A stretch of DNA of 64,000 bases, from positions 64,001 to 128,000 of the forward strand of contig JBPCLP010000009.1 in assembly GCA_051003195.1 (NCBI GenBank), in the 5' to 3' direction. Shown here one piece after another: positions 31,335 through 41,208 of the stretch; the first letter of the stretch is position 1, and each line of letters starts with the position of its first letter. The translations under genes were made by a program, and so were the position numbers. This stretch comes from Candidatus Sumerlaeaceae bacterium (lineage in GTDB: Bacteria; Sumerlaeota; Sumerlaeia; Sumerlaeales; Sumerlaeaceae). The notes under the pieces were generated by a model that ran no database searches, was not told the origin of the DNA, and saw only the letters and a list, made by a program, of their open reading frames with translations.

Positions 31335-32285
31335 TCAGGAACGCCGCAGCGGTTTCATCACCGCGAATACAAAATCGCTCGTCAGCACGCCTTCTCGAAT
31401 CAGTGTAGCTTCGAAGTAAACAAGCAGGTCGATCAGCGCGCGATCGGCCGCGTTGTTCTCATCAAAGTTGGCGATAATGTCACCCAGCAGGAACTGCAGA
31501 AGCGTGCCTCCAAAATCGCCGCGGTGGTCCATGACGAAATACTTCTCGAAAACCGGCAGGATCTCGTCAGACCGCACGGATTCGCTCGGGTCGACTGCGA
31601 TCACCTGCTCGTGCGACAGCGGGAGAATGACATCCCGGTACGAGTTGTCCCGCGCCACGAATCTTTTCTCGCGCGGCAAAATCCGGAGCAGATCGTTCAT
31701 GAGCGCTCCGGCTTTTTCGCTCCACTGGTAACGCGACGGCCCAACGTACTCGTTCAGTATAAGGATGCCATCTGGCTTCAGTGCTTTGTGCAATTCGGAA
31801 GCGACATGCTCCAGGTGGGTCAGGTGATGGACCGAGTGGCTGGCGATAATGATATCATATGTGTCCGCTGAAAAAGTGATATGATCGAGATCGGCAACGT
31901 CATAGCGGATCGAGTCCTGGAACCCGACCGAACGCGCCTCTCGCCTCGCAATTTCAATCGCGGCCGCAGCGAAATCCAAACCCACCATCTGCCGGCAAAC
32001 GCCCTGGCGGATCGATTCCCGCTCGACACTGCCCTCGCCGCACCCAAGGCTCAGACCGCGATCGCGTGGTGTCGGACAATAGCGATCCTTTACGAAGCTC
32101 AGCCAGTGCCTGCCCGGGTCGCCGGTCATGTAATATCGTAGATGCGCCTGTGTAATCGGATGACTTTGCCACAGGGTGCGCATCCATTGCTGGCCGGTCA
32201 GCTTCTCCTCGGCTTTCGCGCCCCAAAGCTCCTCTGCCGATGACGCCTGGGCATCGCTAAAGCGCTTCTTGCGCGACCAGAACAT
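31335..32285 (-). CDS. Class I SAM-dependent methyltransferase
   Basis: LSLGCGEG, HSVHH, LKPDGILILNEYVGP. Confidence 0.88.
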   Translation of the reverse strand: MFWSRKKRFSDAQASSAEELWGAKAEEKLTGQQWMRTLWQSHPITQAHLRYYMTGDPGRHWLSFVKDRYCPTPRDRGLSLGCGEGSVERESIRQGVCRQMVGLDFAAAAIEIARREARSVGFQDSIRYDVADLDHITFSADTYDIIIASHSVHHLTHLEHVASELHKALKPDGILILNEYVGPSRYQWSEKAGALMNDLLRILPREKRFVARDNSYRDVILPLSHEQVIAVDPSESVRSDEILPVFEKYFVMDHRGDFGGTLLQFLLGDIIANFDENNAADRALIDLLVYFEATLIREGVLTSDFVFAVMKPLRRS

Positions 32286-32300
32286 CAGTTGAAGGTCAGG

Positions 32301-32609
32301 CTAATCGGCAGAGCTGCGCACTTCATCAGCCCTTCGGCTGCCAACACTTCCGCGCCTGGCCATGCTCCAGATTGGAATAGCCGCCGCTGCAGCAAACACC
32401 ATTCGTGGGAAGCGCCGAAGGAGCCACATCGCCACGATGAGAATGCCGACGACTTTCAGACACAGCACCAGCAGAAACCCGGCAAATACCCAGCTGCCCG
32501 CCTGCGCGGCGGTTATGCGTGGCCTCTCCAAAGCTTCTGCCACGCATTCAATGGGTGGTGCCGCGGGCAGTGTTCGTGGTGCGACAGGCATCGCGTGATG
32601 TTCACTCAT
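32301..32609 (-). CDS. Small membrane protein, hypothetical
   Basis: Two hydrophobic segments; co-oriented with the methyltransferase. Confidence 0.4.
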   Translation of the reverse strand: MSEHHAMPVAPRTLPAAPPIECVAEALERPRITAAQAGSWVFAGFLLVLCLKVVGILIVAMWLLRRFPRMVFAAAAAIPIWSMARRGSVGSRRADEVRSSAD

Positions 32610-32773
32610 ATTTCTGTTGTTACCGCCCCGTGGTGCGAAAGTTCAAGCACCGAGTGACACCGGCACGATATGTTCTCCGCACTACTTTTCGCTTTGCATT
32701 CCGAATCTGCCCCAGCGGAATCTCAGGCAGTTTCATCCATGTTCCTGTTGAGGATAACCGCTTGTACCCTGGA

Positions 32774-34135
32774 TTGAAAACAGTAGCCTATGCAGCGCTG
32801 GTGCTTTTGGCCAGTGTTTACTCCCAAGCCGCCATCGCGCAGCCACGTGTGGCCATTGTGTCGCCTGCGCCGGAGCAGATACTGCCTGGCCCCGATGTAA
32901 CAGTGCATTTCCGCGTGCATGGCGCACATCTGCGGCCCGGCGGGTCGAACGTCCATTTCATGCTCGATAATGAGCCCTTCGAAGTTCAGTTCAATGCGGG
33001 TCACCCGCACGTGTTCAAAGACGTGGCGCCCGGCACACACACCATCCGTGCATTCGTCGCTAACACGATGCACGAGGCAATCCGCGGCTCGCTCGACATG
33101 GTGACTTTTAGCGTCGCTTACCCGGATACAGCAAATCGCCAGTGCCCCGGGGTGCCGACCCTCACCTATAATCTGCCGCAGGGCGAGTACCTGGGTCTCG
33201 ATGCCGGCGACGTGACCCTGGATTACCTGGTATCGAACGTAACGCTCGCACCGGGTGGAAACAAGGTCGTGTATTACGTGGATGGGCGCAGATTTTTCGT
33301 CGAAGACGGAATGCCGCGGCACCTCACCGGATTGCGACCGGGCTACCATGTGGTACGTGTCGAACTTCAGGATAAGTACGGGGACTTAATCGGCGGGCCG
33401 TTCAATTCGGTTGAGCGTACTATTCTCCTCTCTCCCGACAAAGATGTAAACAGTGCGGGTGTGCTCGACAGCAAATACCCCAGGGGACTTCCCCATGTCG
33501 CGTCAATCAAAGGCTCAATGACCATGGGGCGGCCATGGGTGTCTGTAGAGAAGCCACGGCCGATGACGCAGGCGCAGGTTCGACAGTCGCAACGGCTGAC
33601 GGTTCGGCGCTCGGACACGGATGCGGCGGCGGTACGGCGGAACGTGCAAACCGAGACCGAGATCACCGAGGCCCCCGAAGTGACGAATGAAGTCATCCAA
33701 TCAGAGACGAGAGTTATCCGTCGTGATGAATCTGAGGTTGTCGACCCGAACACTGATACAGTACGGAGGACAGACACAGCGCAGGAGACGCGGTTGACCA
33801 CATCCGGGCGCCGGCTGGACGACCGGCTGGATCGCGCCCGCGAGGCACCGGTAACTACGACGCTGCGGGCGGATTCCCCGACTACCGGGGGCCGCAGCAC
33901 GGTCCATCGTATACCTGTTGCAAGTACTGTCGCTGCGTCGACCGCAACCGTTTCCACGGCGCCAGCGGAATCTCCCATGCAGACACCTGCGGCGACACCG
34001 AGCCCGAGCCCCACCGCAGCGGCCACGCCGGTTTCTACGCCGGCACCCACGCCCACACCCGTTCCATCCACGCCGACACCCGCTCCATCTGCTGAAGCAA
34101 CCGTCACCACAAGTTCGGCTGACGGAGTTCCGTAA
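32774..34135 (+). CDS. Secreted protein with tandem Ig-like domains and Pro/Thr-rich tail
   Basis: Signal peptide from TTG 32774; repeated VHFMLD..PGTHTIR / YYVDG..PGYHVVR units. Confidence 0.7.
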   Translation: MKTVAYAALVLLASVYSQAAIAQPRVAIVSPAPEQILPGPDVTVHFRVHGAHLRPGGSNVHFMLDNEPFEVQFNAGHPHVFKDVAPGTHTIRAFVANTMHEAIRGSLDMVTFSVAYPDTANRQCPGVPTLTYNLPQGEYLGLDAGDVTLDYLVSNVTLAPGGNKVVYYVDGRRFFVEDGMPRHLTGLRPGYHVVRVELQDKYGDLIGGPFNSVERTILLSPDKDVNSAGVLDSKYPRGLPHVASIKGSMTMGRPWVSVEKPRPMTQAQVRQSQRLTVRRSDTDAAAVRRNVQTETEITEAPEVTNEVIQSETRVIRRDESEVVDPNTDTVRRTDTAQETRLTTSGRRLDDRLDRAREAPVTTTLRADSPTTGGRSTVHRIPVASTVAASTATVSTAPAESPMQTPAATPSPSPTAAATPVSTPAPTPTPVPSTPTPAPSAEATVTTSSADGVP

Positions 34136-34173
34136 TTTCGCACAGCAGTTCGGCAGCGCCCGCGTTTGTTCAT

Positions 34174-35079
34174 GTGGACCTCGATGATCTATGGGCCATC
34201 GCGGAATGTTACGGATTCACTGTCGACGAGGCCGAAGGTCACCACGTTACTACCGACGCACTTCCGCGGCTCCGGGAGTTATTTCAACGTCATAAAGTGC
34301 AATCGACTCTGTTCGTGGTGGGCCGAGACCTTGAACACCCGCCGTTCGTGCAGCAGCTCAAAGCGTGCCTCGATGAGGGGCACGAGGTGGCAAACCACTC
34401 GAATTCGCATCGTCTCGATTTCCGCAACCTGACATCCGACGAACTTAAAAACGAAATCGAGCAGTGCGACGGACTATTGCAGGAGAAGCTGCAGCGAAAA
34501 CCGCTGGGGTTTCGTGCGCCCGGATATGGCCACTCGGATTCGCTGCTCGAAGCGTTGAATGCGCGCGCATACCTCTACGATTCTTCGCTGATGCCGGGGC
34601 CCTACGGAGCGGTCTTTCGCTGGCTTGATGGGCGTCACCAAAAGCGCGTCCGGGGACAGTCCGGTTCAAAGACACAGTATTCGCTGTTGAAAGATGCCGC
34701 GAGGCCGCTTGCGCCGCACCGGCGTGGCGGTCAGAACCTCGTGGAAATTCCTGCAGCCACGTCGCCGCTGCTGCGTCTGCCGTTCCAGGCGGGCGTGTGC
34801 ATGCGCCTGGGCCGCCGCTACTTTGACGCGCAACTGAATGCTTTCGCCGGGCGATCGCGGCTACCCTTTGTATTCCTGCTGCACGCGGCGGACATTGCAG
34901 ATTTCTCGACTGTGAAGCATCCGTTCTTTCAGCAGGCGGGATACTTCTCAATGCCGGTGCAGTCGAAGATCGAGCTGTTGGATTATTTTTTAACACGGAT
35001 ACGCGAGGAGCGCGGGATTGTGACAACCGAGAGCTGGCTGCAATCGGGTGAGGCAGAGACGTTTATCCCCGGCTCATGA
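34174..35079 (+). CDS. Polysaccharide deacetylase (CE4/NodB family)
   Basis: VDLDD, TLFVVG, GHEVANHS..H, GFRAPG, YDSS. Confidence 0.88.
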   Translation: MDLDDLWAIAECYGFTVDEAEGHHVTTDALPRLRELFQRHKVQSTLFVVGRDLEHPPFVQQLKACLDEGHEVANHSNSHRLDFRNLTSDELKNEIEQCDGLLQEKLQRKPLGFRAPGYGHSDSLLEALNARAYLYDSSLMPGPYGAVFRWLDGRHQKRVRGQSGSKTQYSLLKDAARPLAPHRRGGQNLVEIPAATSPLLRLPFQAGVCMRLGRRYFDAQLNAFAGRSRLPFVFLLHAADIADFSTVKHPFFQQAGYFSMPVQSKIELLDYFLTRIREERGIVTTESWLQSGEAETFIPGS

Positions 35080-35890
35080 ACTCACGTTCCCACTTCATCG
35101 CACGAGCGTAGTCGGGGTGCTGCTTTTCGCGCGTGCGGAATGCAGGTGTATGCACACAACGGCGGCCATTGTCCGCGCACGTTGGATCGAGCACCGCGTG
35201 AAGCATCTCGTGGAACACGACAAAGCGTACAAAAAATTCCGGCACGTTTGCATCGTCGAGTGCAGGGTGAATGCGGATGAGCCGTGTGCGCGAATCGTAG
35301 CTGCCGAAGACGATGTGACGGCGCCTGCATCCGCGCGGATTGCTGCCGCGGCTCCAGGTGACATAAACGCGCAACTCACCCCCGAAGAACTCCTCGTTTA
35401 CCTCGGCGGCAATTTTGTGAAGATCGTACGTGCGTCCGCGCGCCCGCAGCGAGAGCACCTTCGGGCTGATCCGGCGTGCGCGGATGTCTGCCGTACGTGC
35501 ATCCATATAGCAACGCAAAAGCCGCTGGCTGCGCTGAGTCGGTCGACGCAGATATTGCGCGAGTGCAGCAAGAATCTCGTCATCAGCATCCAGGAACATT
35601 TTGTGCACCGAGAAATGCGTGACCTCGCTTCCGCGTGGCCGGTTCGCGGAAAGCAGCGTGGATGTGTTGTCGTTGACGCGAAGGTCGATCGTGCCACCAA
35701 AGAGCTTTTCCAGGCGGCGGTGAAATGTCTTAACCGCCTGCGCCGAAATTCCTTTGGAAGGCGCCAGCCTGGACGACCTTGCTTGCGGTTGGGGGCGAGG
35801 CATGGGATGCTTACTTACCACGTCGTGCGACGGGCAATCATCGAAACCGAACTGTTGCTGGAAGAAGCGTACGAGGGCTGGCAATTTCAT
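35063..35890 (-). CDS. SprT-like/zincin metalloprotease-domain protein
   Basis: FGSY..IRIHPALD..VVFHEMLH..VHTPAF. Confidence 0.8.
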   Translation of the reverse strand: MKLPALVRFFQQQFGFDDCPSHDVVSKHPMPRPQPQARSSRLAPSKGISAQAVKTFHRRLEKLFGGTIDLRVNDNTSTLLSANRPRGSEVTHFSVHKMFLDADDEILAALAQYLRRPTQRSQRLLRCYMDARTADIRARRISPKVLSLRARGRTYDLHKIAAEVNEEFFGGELRVYVTWSRGSNPRGCRRRHIVFGSYDSRTRLIRIHPALDDANVPEFFVRFVVFHEMLHAVLDPTCADNGRRCVHTPAFRTREKQHPDYARAMKWEREFMSRG

Positions 35891-35913
35891 GAGTCGGCGT
35901 AATTATAGAAAAC

Positions 35914-35942
35914 AAAAAAAGCCCCCGCCTTAGGCGGGGGCT
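35914..35942 (-). terminator. Rho-independent terminator
   Basis: gcccccgcc stem followed by T7 on the minus strand. Confidence 0.9.
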
Positions 35943-35966
35943 GGTTTTTCGCGATTAAGCGAGTTT

Positions 35967-36158
35967 TTACTTTTCCATTTGCCGCATGGGTGGCGGCGGT
36001 GGCGGCGGGCCGCCACAAGGACTCTGGCATGGCACAAAGCCACCACAAGGGTTTGTCAGGCACGCCTTGGCCGGGGCCGAGCGGGTGCGCAGGTTCGCGC
36101 AACCGGTCATCATGACAGCGGTAGCGGCAACAAGCAGAGCGATAGAAATCGCCTTCAT
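35967..36158 (-). CDS. Small Cys/Pro-rich lipoprotein
   Basis: AGGAGG RBS; MMTG-C lipobox; CLTNPCGGFVPCQSPCGG. Confidence 0.8.
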   Translation of the reverse strand: MKAISIALLVAATAVMMTGCANLRTRSAPAKACLTNPCGGFVPCQSPCGGPPPPPPPMRQMEK

Positions 36159-36301
36159 ATTTTTTCCTCCTAACCTTAATTAAACTACTTTTGCAGTCAA
36201 ACAAGCACCGTCAGTCCTAAGGGCCGAAGGTGCAACCGCAACGGAAAAATGCACTCGATCCAGCAATAAATCGGGAGACATCGTTTCCATGGCGGGCTTT
36301 C

Positions 36302-36484
36302 TTACTTCTCTACGCTGCCTTCGCTGTACATACGCTTCACTGGGTGAGCGTATGGTGCGGGGGCACAGGCCGGAGCGCAATAGCTGGGGGCAGCTGGTGC
36401 ACAAGGGCGCGGACACGGACGGTAGCAGCAGGCCGACAAAGCGACCGCGGCAACGGTCGCGAGGACCACGTGCGACAGTTTCAT
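36302..36484 (-). CDS. Small Cys/Pro-rich lipoprotein (OmcA-like)
   Basis: AGGAGG RBS; LSA-CC lipobox; CPRPCAP..CAPACAP. Confidence 0.8.
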   Translation of the reverse strand: MKLSHVVLATVAAVALSACCYRPCPRPCAPAAPSYCAPACAPAPYAHPVKRMYSEGSVEK

Positions 36485-36760
36485 ATATGAACCCTCCTAA
36501 GGCTCAAGTTAGTGCGGTTCACGAAGACAACTCTTGAACCGTAATGCGATTTTTGACGAGGCTGGGGAGCGCCTGTCAAGGCGAAGTTGTGCAAGTGTGG
36601 ACTGAAATCGCGAAAAAGTTCCCATACCCACGAAAATAGGTGCAATTTAATTCCTTAAAGACTGATTGGTGTTCGCTTAGCACCCCGTTTTCGGGATTTG
36701 CCCGACCTGATTGACATCCGGGCTTGCATGTGCGCAGGCGCCAGCGATTTCGTTTTCGTC

Positions 36761-37135
36761 ATGAAACATTCGCCCGGCTTCCTCCAGATTGCCCAGGATT
36801 CCAAAACACGTGTGACTGAAGAAAGCGCCGAGCAGGCGCTCGCACGTTTGAAAGCAAATTCGGCCGCCGTGCTGGTCGATGTACGTGAGGACGACGAATG
36901 GCGGGCTGGGCATATTGCGGGCGCGCGCCATCTGGGCAAAGGCGTCATTGAACGCGATATCGAGAAGACCGTCCCCGATAAAACCACCGAGTTGCACCTC
37001 TACTGTGGCGGTGGATACCGAAGCGCTCTCGCAGCTGACAATCTGCAGAAAATGGGCTACACCAACGTGATATCCATCGACGGCGGCTTTGGTGCACTGA
37101 CCGAGCTCGGAGCGAAAACGGTAATCACGGAATAG
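36761..37135 (+). CDS. Single-domain rhodanese
   Basis: LVDVREDDEW..GHIAGA, LYCGGGYRSALAA. Confidence 0.9.
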   Translation: MKHSPGFLQIAQDSKTRVTEESAEQALARLKANSAAVLVDVREDDEWRAGHIAGARHLGKGVIERDIEKTVPDKTTELHLYCGGGYRSALAADNLQKMGYTNVISIDGGFGALTELGAKTVITE

Positions 37136-37340
37136 CTTTACCCCAGGCTTGAGAAGACAGAGCGTTCCAGGCACAAACTTTACATCAGGCCTAAGTGCCG
37201 CAGAAACTAACGGATCCTGAAGATTGCTGTGCAATCTGCACCTCTTTTAAAATGAGTGCAGAACTTGCGATTGACGTTGGGTTGGCGGCAGACTTATACT
37301 AGGAAAGTCGTCTCAACAAATCAGTACCAGGAAAAAGCCA

Positions 37341-39290
37341 ATGTGCTTTCATCGATTCTTAGCTGTAACGATCTTAACCACGCTTGCGGGAATGGTGATC
37401 GCCGCCCCTCCGAGTGAGAAACTCAACAAAACTGCAGATGGCAAACCGGAGCTGGCGAAGTTGTCTCACAGCCTGCTGAAAGCGCGCCAGCACGCGAAAA
37501 GCGGAATGCCTGGGCTGGCCGCAATGCAGAAAGAAGCCAAGCACGCACAACGCGGCAACAAGACGCAATGCATTCTCGGCGTTAAATCAATCAACGACGA
37601 CTTGTTAATGGCAATCTCGGGACAGGGTCTTGAGATCGTTAACAAGGTGAGTTTTGACGGCAACCTGAACAACATCGTGGTCCGGGCCACCGATCCTCGC
37701 CAATTCGATGCGATTGCTTCGCGGGCAGATATCCTGGGGATTACCGAGGAGCCCGAGGCGCGCTGTCATTCCGTCGGATCGGCCGACAACCAGGCCGACC
37801 GCGCCATCAATTGTAATGACGCACGGTCAACATACAGCATCACCGGCAGCGGTACGCGCGTTGGGGTTATCAGCGACAGCTTCAGCGATACGCGTGGTGG
37901 AACGATTGTGGCCGGAATCCTCACAGGCAACACAGATCAGGTTTCCGGCGATTTACCGGCAAGCATCCGCATTATTGACGCAGGACCTGTCGCGGCAAAT
38001 TCGGATGAAGGCAACGCCATGGCGCAACTGGTGTACGACATTGCTCCGGGCTGCGATATTGCCTTTGCCTCCGCATTTAGCAGTTATGCCGCCTTCGCCA
38101 CAAACATCACCGCGCTGCGAACACATGCAACCAATCCGTCCCATGTCATCGTCGACGATGTGGCCTACTTTGCCGAACCAATGTACCAGGATGGACCTAT
38201 CGCACAGGCGGCGGATTTGTGCGGTATAAACAATGTGCCGTATTTCAGCTCCGCCGCGAACTACGGTTCCTCGGCGCATGAGGCTGTTTTTGCAGACTTC
38301 AATGTTACGGACGACACTGCGGGTTTGCCATCCGGCAATGACCTGCACGTTTTTGGGGGCGGTGATCGGTTTCTTACGCTAAACGTGAGCGCGGCCGGCG
38401 GCAGCGTGCTTGCCATCCTGCACTGGGACGAGCCCTATGCCGGTTCGCTGGGTGCTGGACTTGGAGCAGAAGCTGATCTTGATTTGCATCTCGTTAACAG
38501 CACCGCCTTGCCTGTGGCATCCGCGGTAGCCTCCAGCAACAGCTTCCAAGGCACATTGGGCTCGCCTTCCGGTGAGCCGTACGAGATCATCAGTGCTTCA
38601 GGCCTGGCTGCGGGTACCTACCACCTCATCATAGAGCACTATCAGGGTCGCGAACCGGTGAACATGAACCTGATTGTGAGCCCGGGTACCAATACATCGG
38701 TGACCGATACCGGTTTCCTCGGGGCACGTACCATCTATGGACATAACTCCGCCGCAAACGTAATTGCTGTTGGGGCGATCAACTACTTCGAGTGGGAGCC
38801 GAGCGCACGACTTCTAGGGGCAGCCGGGAATACACCGGGAACCTATCAGGATGCTGTCGGCACTATTGATGTCGAAAACTTCAGCTCACGTGGGGGCAAC
38901 CTGCCGTTCTGGTTCAGCTCCGATGGCCTGACACGGTTTGGCAGTGCGGTAACTCGCTTTAAACCCGAGATAACAGCGCCTGATGGGTGCGATACAACAT
39001 TCTTCGGCAGCGGTGACTTCGACGGCAGTGGGAAGCCTAACTTCTTTGGAACGTCGGCGGCGGCGCCAAACGCCGCTGCGGTGGCGGCGCTAGTACGGCA
39101 TCGCTTCACGCTGACGGGAAGATCTACGACCTCAACGAACATTTACAATACAATGAAGAACAACGTACTTGCTGCCAAGAGCGGCAAGAACGTGGAGTCG
39201 GCAGGTACCGATAACGACTCCGGATTGGGAGTGATTGACGCAGAGGCTGCAGCTCTTCCGGTTAGCCTCTCCGCCTACGAGCTGGAGTAA
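37341..39290 (+). CDS. Secreted S8/S53-like serine peptidase with propeptide
   Basis: VGVISDSF, SDEGNAMAQ (Glu at the His position), KPEITAPDG, FFGTSAAAP; C-terminal LPVSLSAYELE. Confidence 0.88.
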   Translation: MCFHRFLAVTILTTLAGMVIAAPPSEKLNKTADGKPELAKLSHSLLKARQHAKSGMPGLAAMQKEAKHAQRGNKTQCILGVKSINDDLLMAISGQGLEIVNKVSFDGNLNNIVVRATDPRQFDAIASRADILGITEEPEARCHSVGSADNQADRAINCNDARSTYSITGSGTRVGVISDSFSDTRGGTIVAGILTGNTDQVSGDLPASIRIIDAGPVAANSDEGNAMAQLVYDIAPGCDIAFASAFSSYAAFATNITALRTHATNPSHVIVDDVAYFAEPMYQDGPIAQAADLCGINNVPYFSSAANYGSSAHEAVFADFNVTDDTAGLPSGNDLHVFGGGDRFLTLNVSAAGGSVLAILHWDEPYAGSLGAGLGAEADLDLHLVNSTALPVASAVASSNSFQGTLGSPSGEPYEIISASGLAAGTYHLIIEHYQGREPVNMNLIVSPGTNTSVTDTGFLGARTIYGHNSAANVIAVGAINYFEWEPSARLLGAAGNTPGTYQDAVGTIDVENFSSRGGNLPFWFSSDGLTRFGSAVTRFKPEITAPDGCDTTFFGSGDFDGSGKPNFFGTSAAAPNAAAVAALVRHRFTLTGRSTTSTNIYNTMKNNVLAAKSGKNVESAGTDNDSGLGVIDAEAAALPVSLSAYELE

Positions 39291-39396
39291 TACGGCCTGA
39301 TGCCTGATGGACTCGATGGTCGGCATGGTGTGCCGACCGCCGAGTTTTTGCAGGCGGTGGCGGCTGCGAAACCATTGTGACGAGGAGTCTGGCAGA

Positions 39397-39912
39397 ATGA
39401 CTCGGCGAGGGCGGACGGATGCGGTGTGGGTGCTGGCGTTTGCGTTGAATGCCAGCGCTGGGATTGTCGGGGCGCAGGATAGTCCCAAGGCGATGGCGCT
39501 GACAGGCGGTGATCCTTCACTGGTGAAAATGTCGTCGGCGCTGCTGGCGGCACGGCGTGAGGCAATATCGGGCACGCCGCCCATGGAGGCTTTCAGCCAT
39601 CATTCTGCCCGCCCGCTTGGCGACGCGAGGCCGCAGATTCTCATTGGCGTAACGCAGCTCTCTCCCGATTTTATGTCGGCGCTTGCGGCGGCGAAGGTGG
39701 ATGTCGTTACCACGTTCAGCGGTTATGGAGTGAACACCGTGAGCGTACGCGTTGGTGATCCCCGCCAGCTGGATTCCATTGCCCGCCGAGCGGATGTGCG
39801 CGGACTCGACTTCGAGCCTCAGGCGGTCACGCACGGCGGTGGGACCGCGCCAGCCGTTGGGCCACGCAAACAGCTTGGCCCAGCGGGTACCATCGCGCCG
39901 CGCCAGCCGTAA
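39397..39912 (+). CDS. Stand-alone peptidase propeptide-like secreted protein
   Basis: GAGGAG RBS, signal peptide; aligns with the prodomain of 37341-39290. Confidence 0.75.
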   Translation: MTRRGRTDAVWVLAFALNASAGIVGAQDSPKAMALTGGDPSLVKMSSALLAARREAISGTPPMEAFSHHSARPLGDARPQILIGVTQLSPDFMSALAAAKVDVVTTFSGYGVNTVSVRVGDPRQLDSIARRADVRGLDFEPQAVTHGGGTAPAVGPRKQLGPAGTIAPRQP

Positions 39913-39939
39913 TAGCTGTGGGTTAGTACCTTGAGTGCG

Positions 39940-41058
39940 CTAGATGCTTATGCGTCGGTCGCGGGCGGTCACTTTCCAGGTTTCGGTGGCGCTTCCGTCA
40001 CGGATGACAACGGCTTCGCTGTGCAGGGCGACGGTGGGGCAGATGTGCCACGGAATTCCATAGAACGCATCTCCGACGCGGAATTCGCCCGCTCGGGGGG
40101 TCTCCAGCACCATGTGTTCTTCGCTGTGGCCGACGAAACGCGCATCCGGCAAAGCGGGAAAATAGACCCGAGGGTGCGGATTCTCCGACGCGATGGCCTT
40201 GTGGCCCAAGTCTAGGCAAAGACGGTTGCTGGCGGGTTTGCTAACGACGCGTGTAAGCACGACCGCCGCGTGCAGAAAATCGAGATCCGGCAGCGTGCTT
40301 CCATAGCTGTGATCCCACAGCACGCACGTGCCGGGGCTGCACTCGACGTCATTGCGGGCGGCATGGATGGCGAATGTCGGGGTGCCGCCAGCGACAATCG
40401 TGGGGACATGGAGACCAGCCGCCTGCAAAGTTTCGCGGAGTTTTTGCACCGGCAGGAACGCTGCCTCGCATTCCGCAGTTCGTGCAGCGAGATCGGTGTG
40501 GTGAATGTGGCCGTCGTAGGCATGGAGCCCGGCGGCTTTCAGTGCAGGCGACTGTGCGAGCATGCGAACCAGTTGCAGCGCGTGCTCACCTGGCTCGACA
40601 CCGGAACGGTGCTGGCCACAGTCGAGGTCCAGCATCAGCTTGACGACGACGCCGACATCGGATGCGGCCGTGCTGATCGCCTTTATCGCGTTCTCATCAT
40701 CTGCAAGTCCGCAAAACCGCGTATCCGGAAAACGGCGCATCAGTTCCAGGAATCGCGCGATGTTCGGCCCTACCGGCTGATAGGCGTACAACACATCGGG
40801 CGCGCCGCACTGCGCCGCCATCTCGGCTTCAGCGATCGTCGCTGCCTTGAACCTGGTAATGCCGAGCGCGAGCTTCATGCGAATGATCTCTGGCATCTTG
40901 TGCGTTTTGATGTGCGGGCGCAGCCGGTCTGTTCCGCCGGTAATCGCGATCATACGGCGGAGGTTTTCTTCGATGCGATCCGGAAATACAATGAGCGCGG
41001 GGGATGGAATCTCCGACACGTTTCGGAGGACGTACCATGGTTGATCTTCATCCAGCAT
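39940..41058 (-). CDS. D-threonine aldolase/D-serine dehydratase-family PLP enzyme
   Basis: LRPHIKTHK, LHAYDGH, GGTPTF, SEEH, PWHICPTVAL. Confidence 0.9.
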   Translation of the reverse strand: MLDEDQPWYVLRNVSEIPSPALIVFPDRIEENLRRMIAITGGTDRLRPHIKTHKMPEIIRMKLALGITRFKAATIAEAEMAAQCGAPDVLYAYQPVGPNIARFLELMRRFPDTRFCGLADDENAIKAISTAASDVGVVVKLMLDLDCGQHRSGVEPGEHALQLVRMLAQSPALKAAGLHAYDGHIHHTDLAARTAECEAAFLPVQKLRETLQAAGLHVPTIVAGGTPTFAIHAARNDVECSPGTCVLWDHSYGSTLPDLDFLHAAVVLTRVVSKPASNRLCLDLGHKAIASENPHPRVYFPALPDARFVGHSEEHMVLETPRAGEFRVGDAFYGIPWHICPTVALHSEAVVIRDGSATETWKVTARDRRISI

Positions 41059-41124
41059 GCAGTCAGACCTGCGGGTCTATTTCAGGGCTTTCAAGACAAC
41101 AGGCTGCCTGCGACCGACCCTTAA

Positions 41125-41166
41125 AAACCAAACTGGCGGCCGGAAGCTCCGGCCACCAGTTTTTTC
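41125..41166. terminator. Terminator-like hairpin
   Basis: aactggcggccgga/tccggccaccagtt stem flanked by A and T runs. Confidence 0.7.
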
Positions 41167-41208
41167 TGAAACAAAGATGGACCAGTACGGCGATTGCCGC
41201 TGAGTAAA

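Noticed and set aside
36160..36300. c-di-GMP riboswitch between the two lipopeptide genes
   Set aside because: A small hairpin is present but the consensus motifs are not
28810..36484. RiPP biosynthetic cluster for the Cys-rich peptides
   Set aside because: No radical SAM, YcaO, LanM or peptide exporter nearby; lipoboxes favour ordinary lipoprotein export
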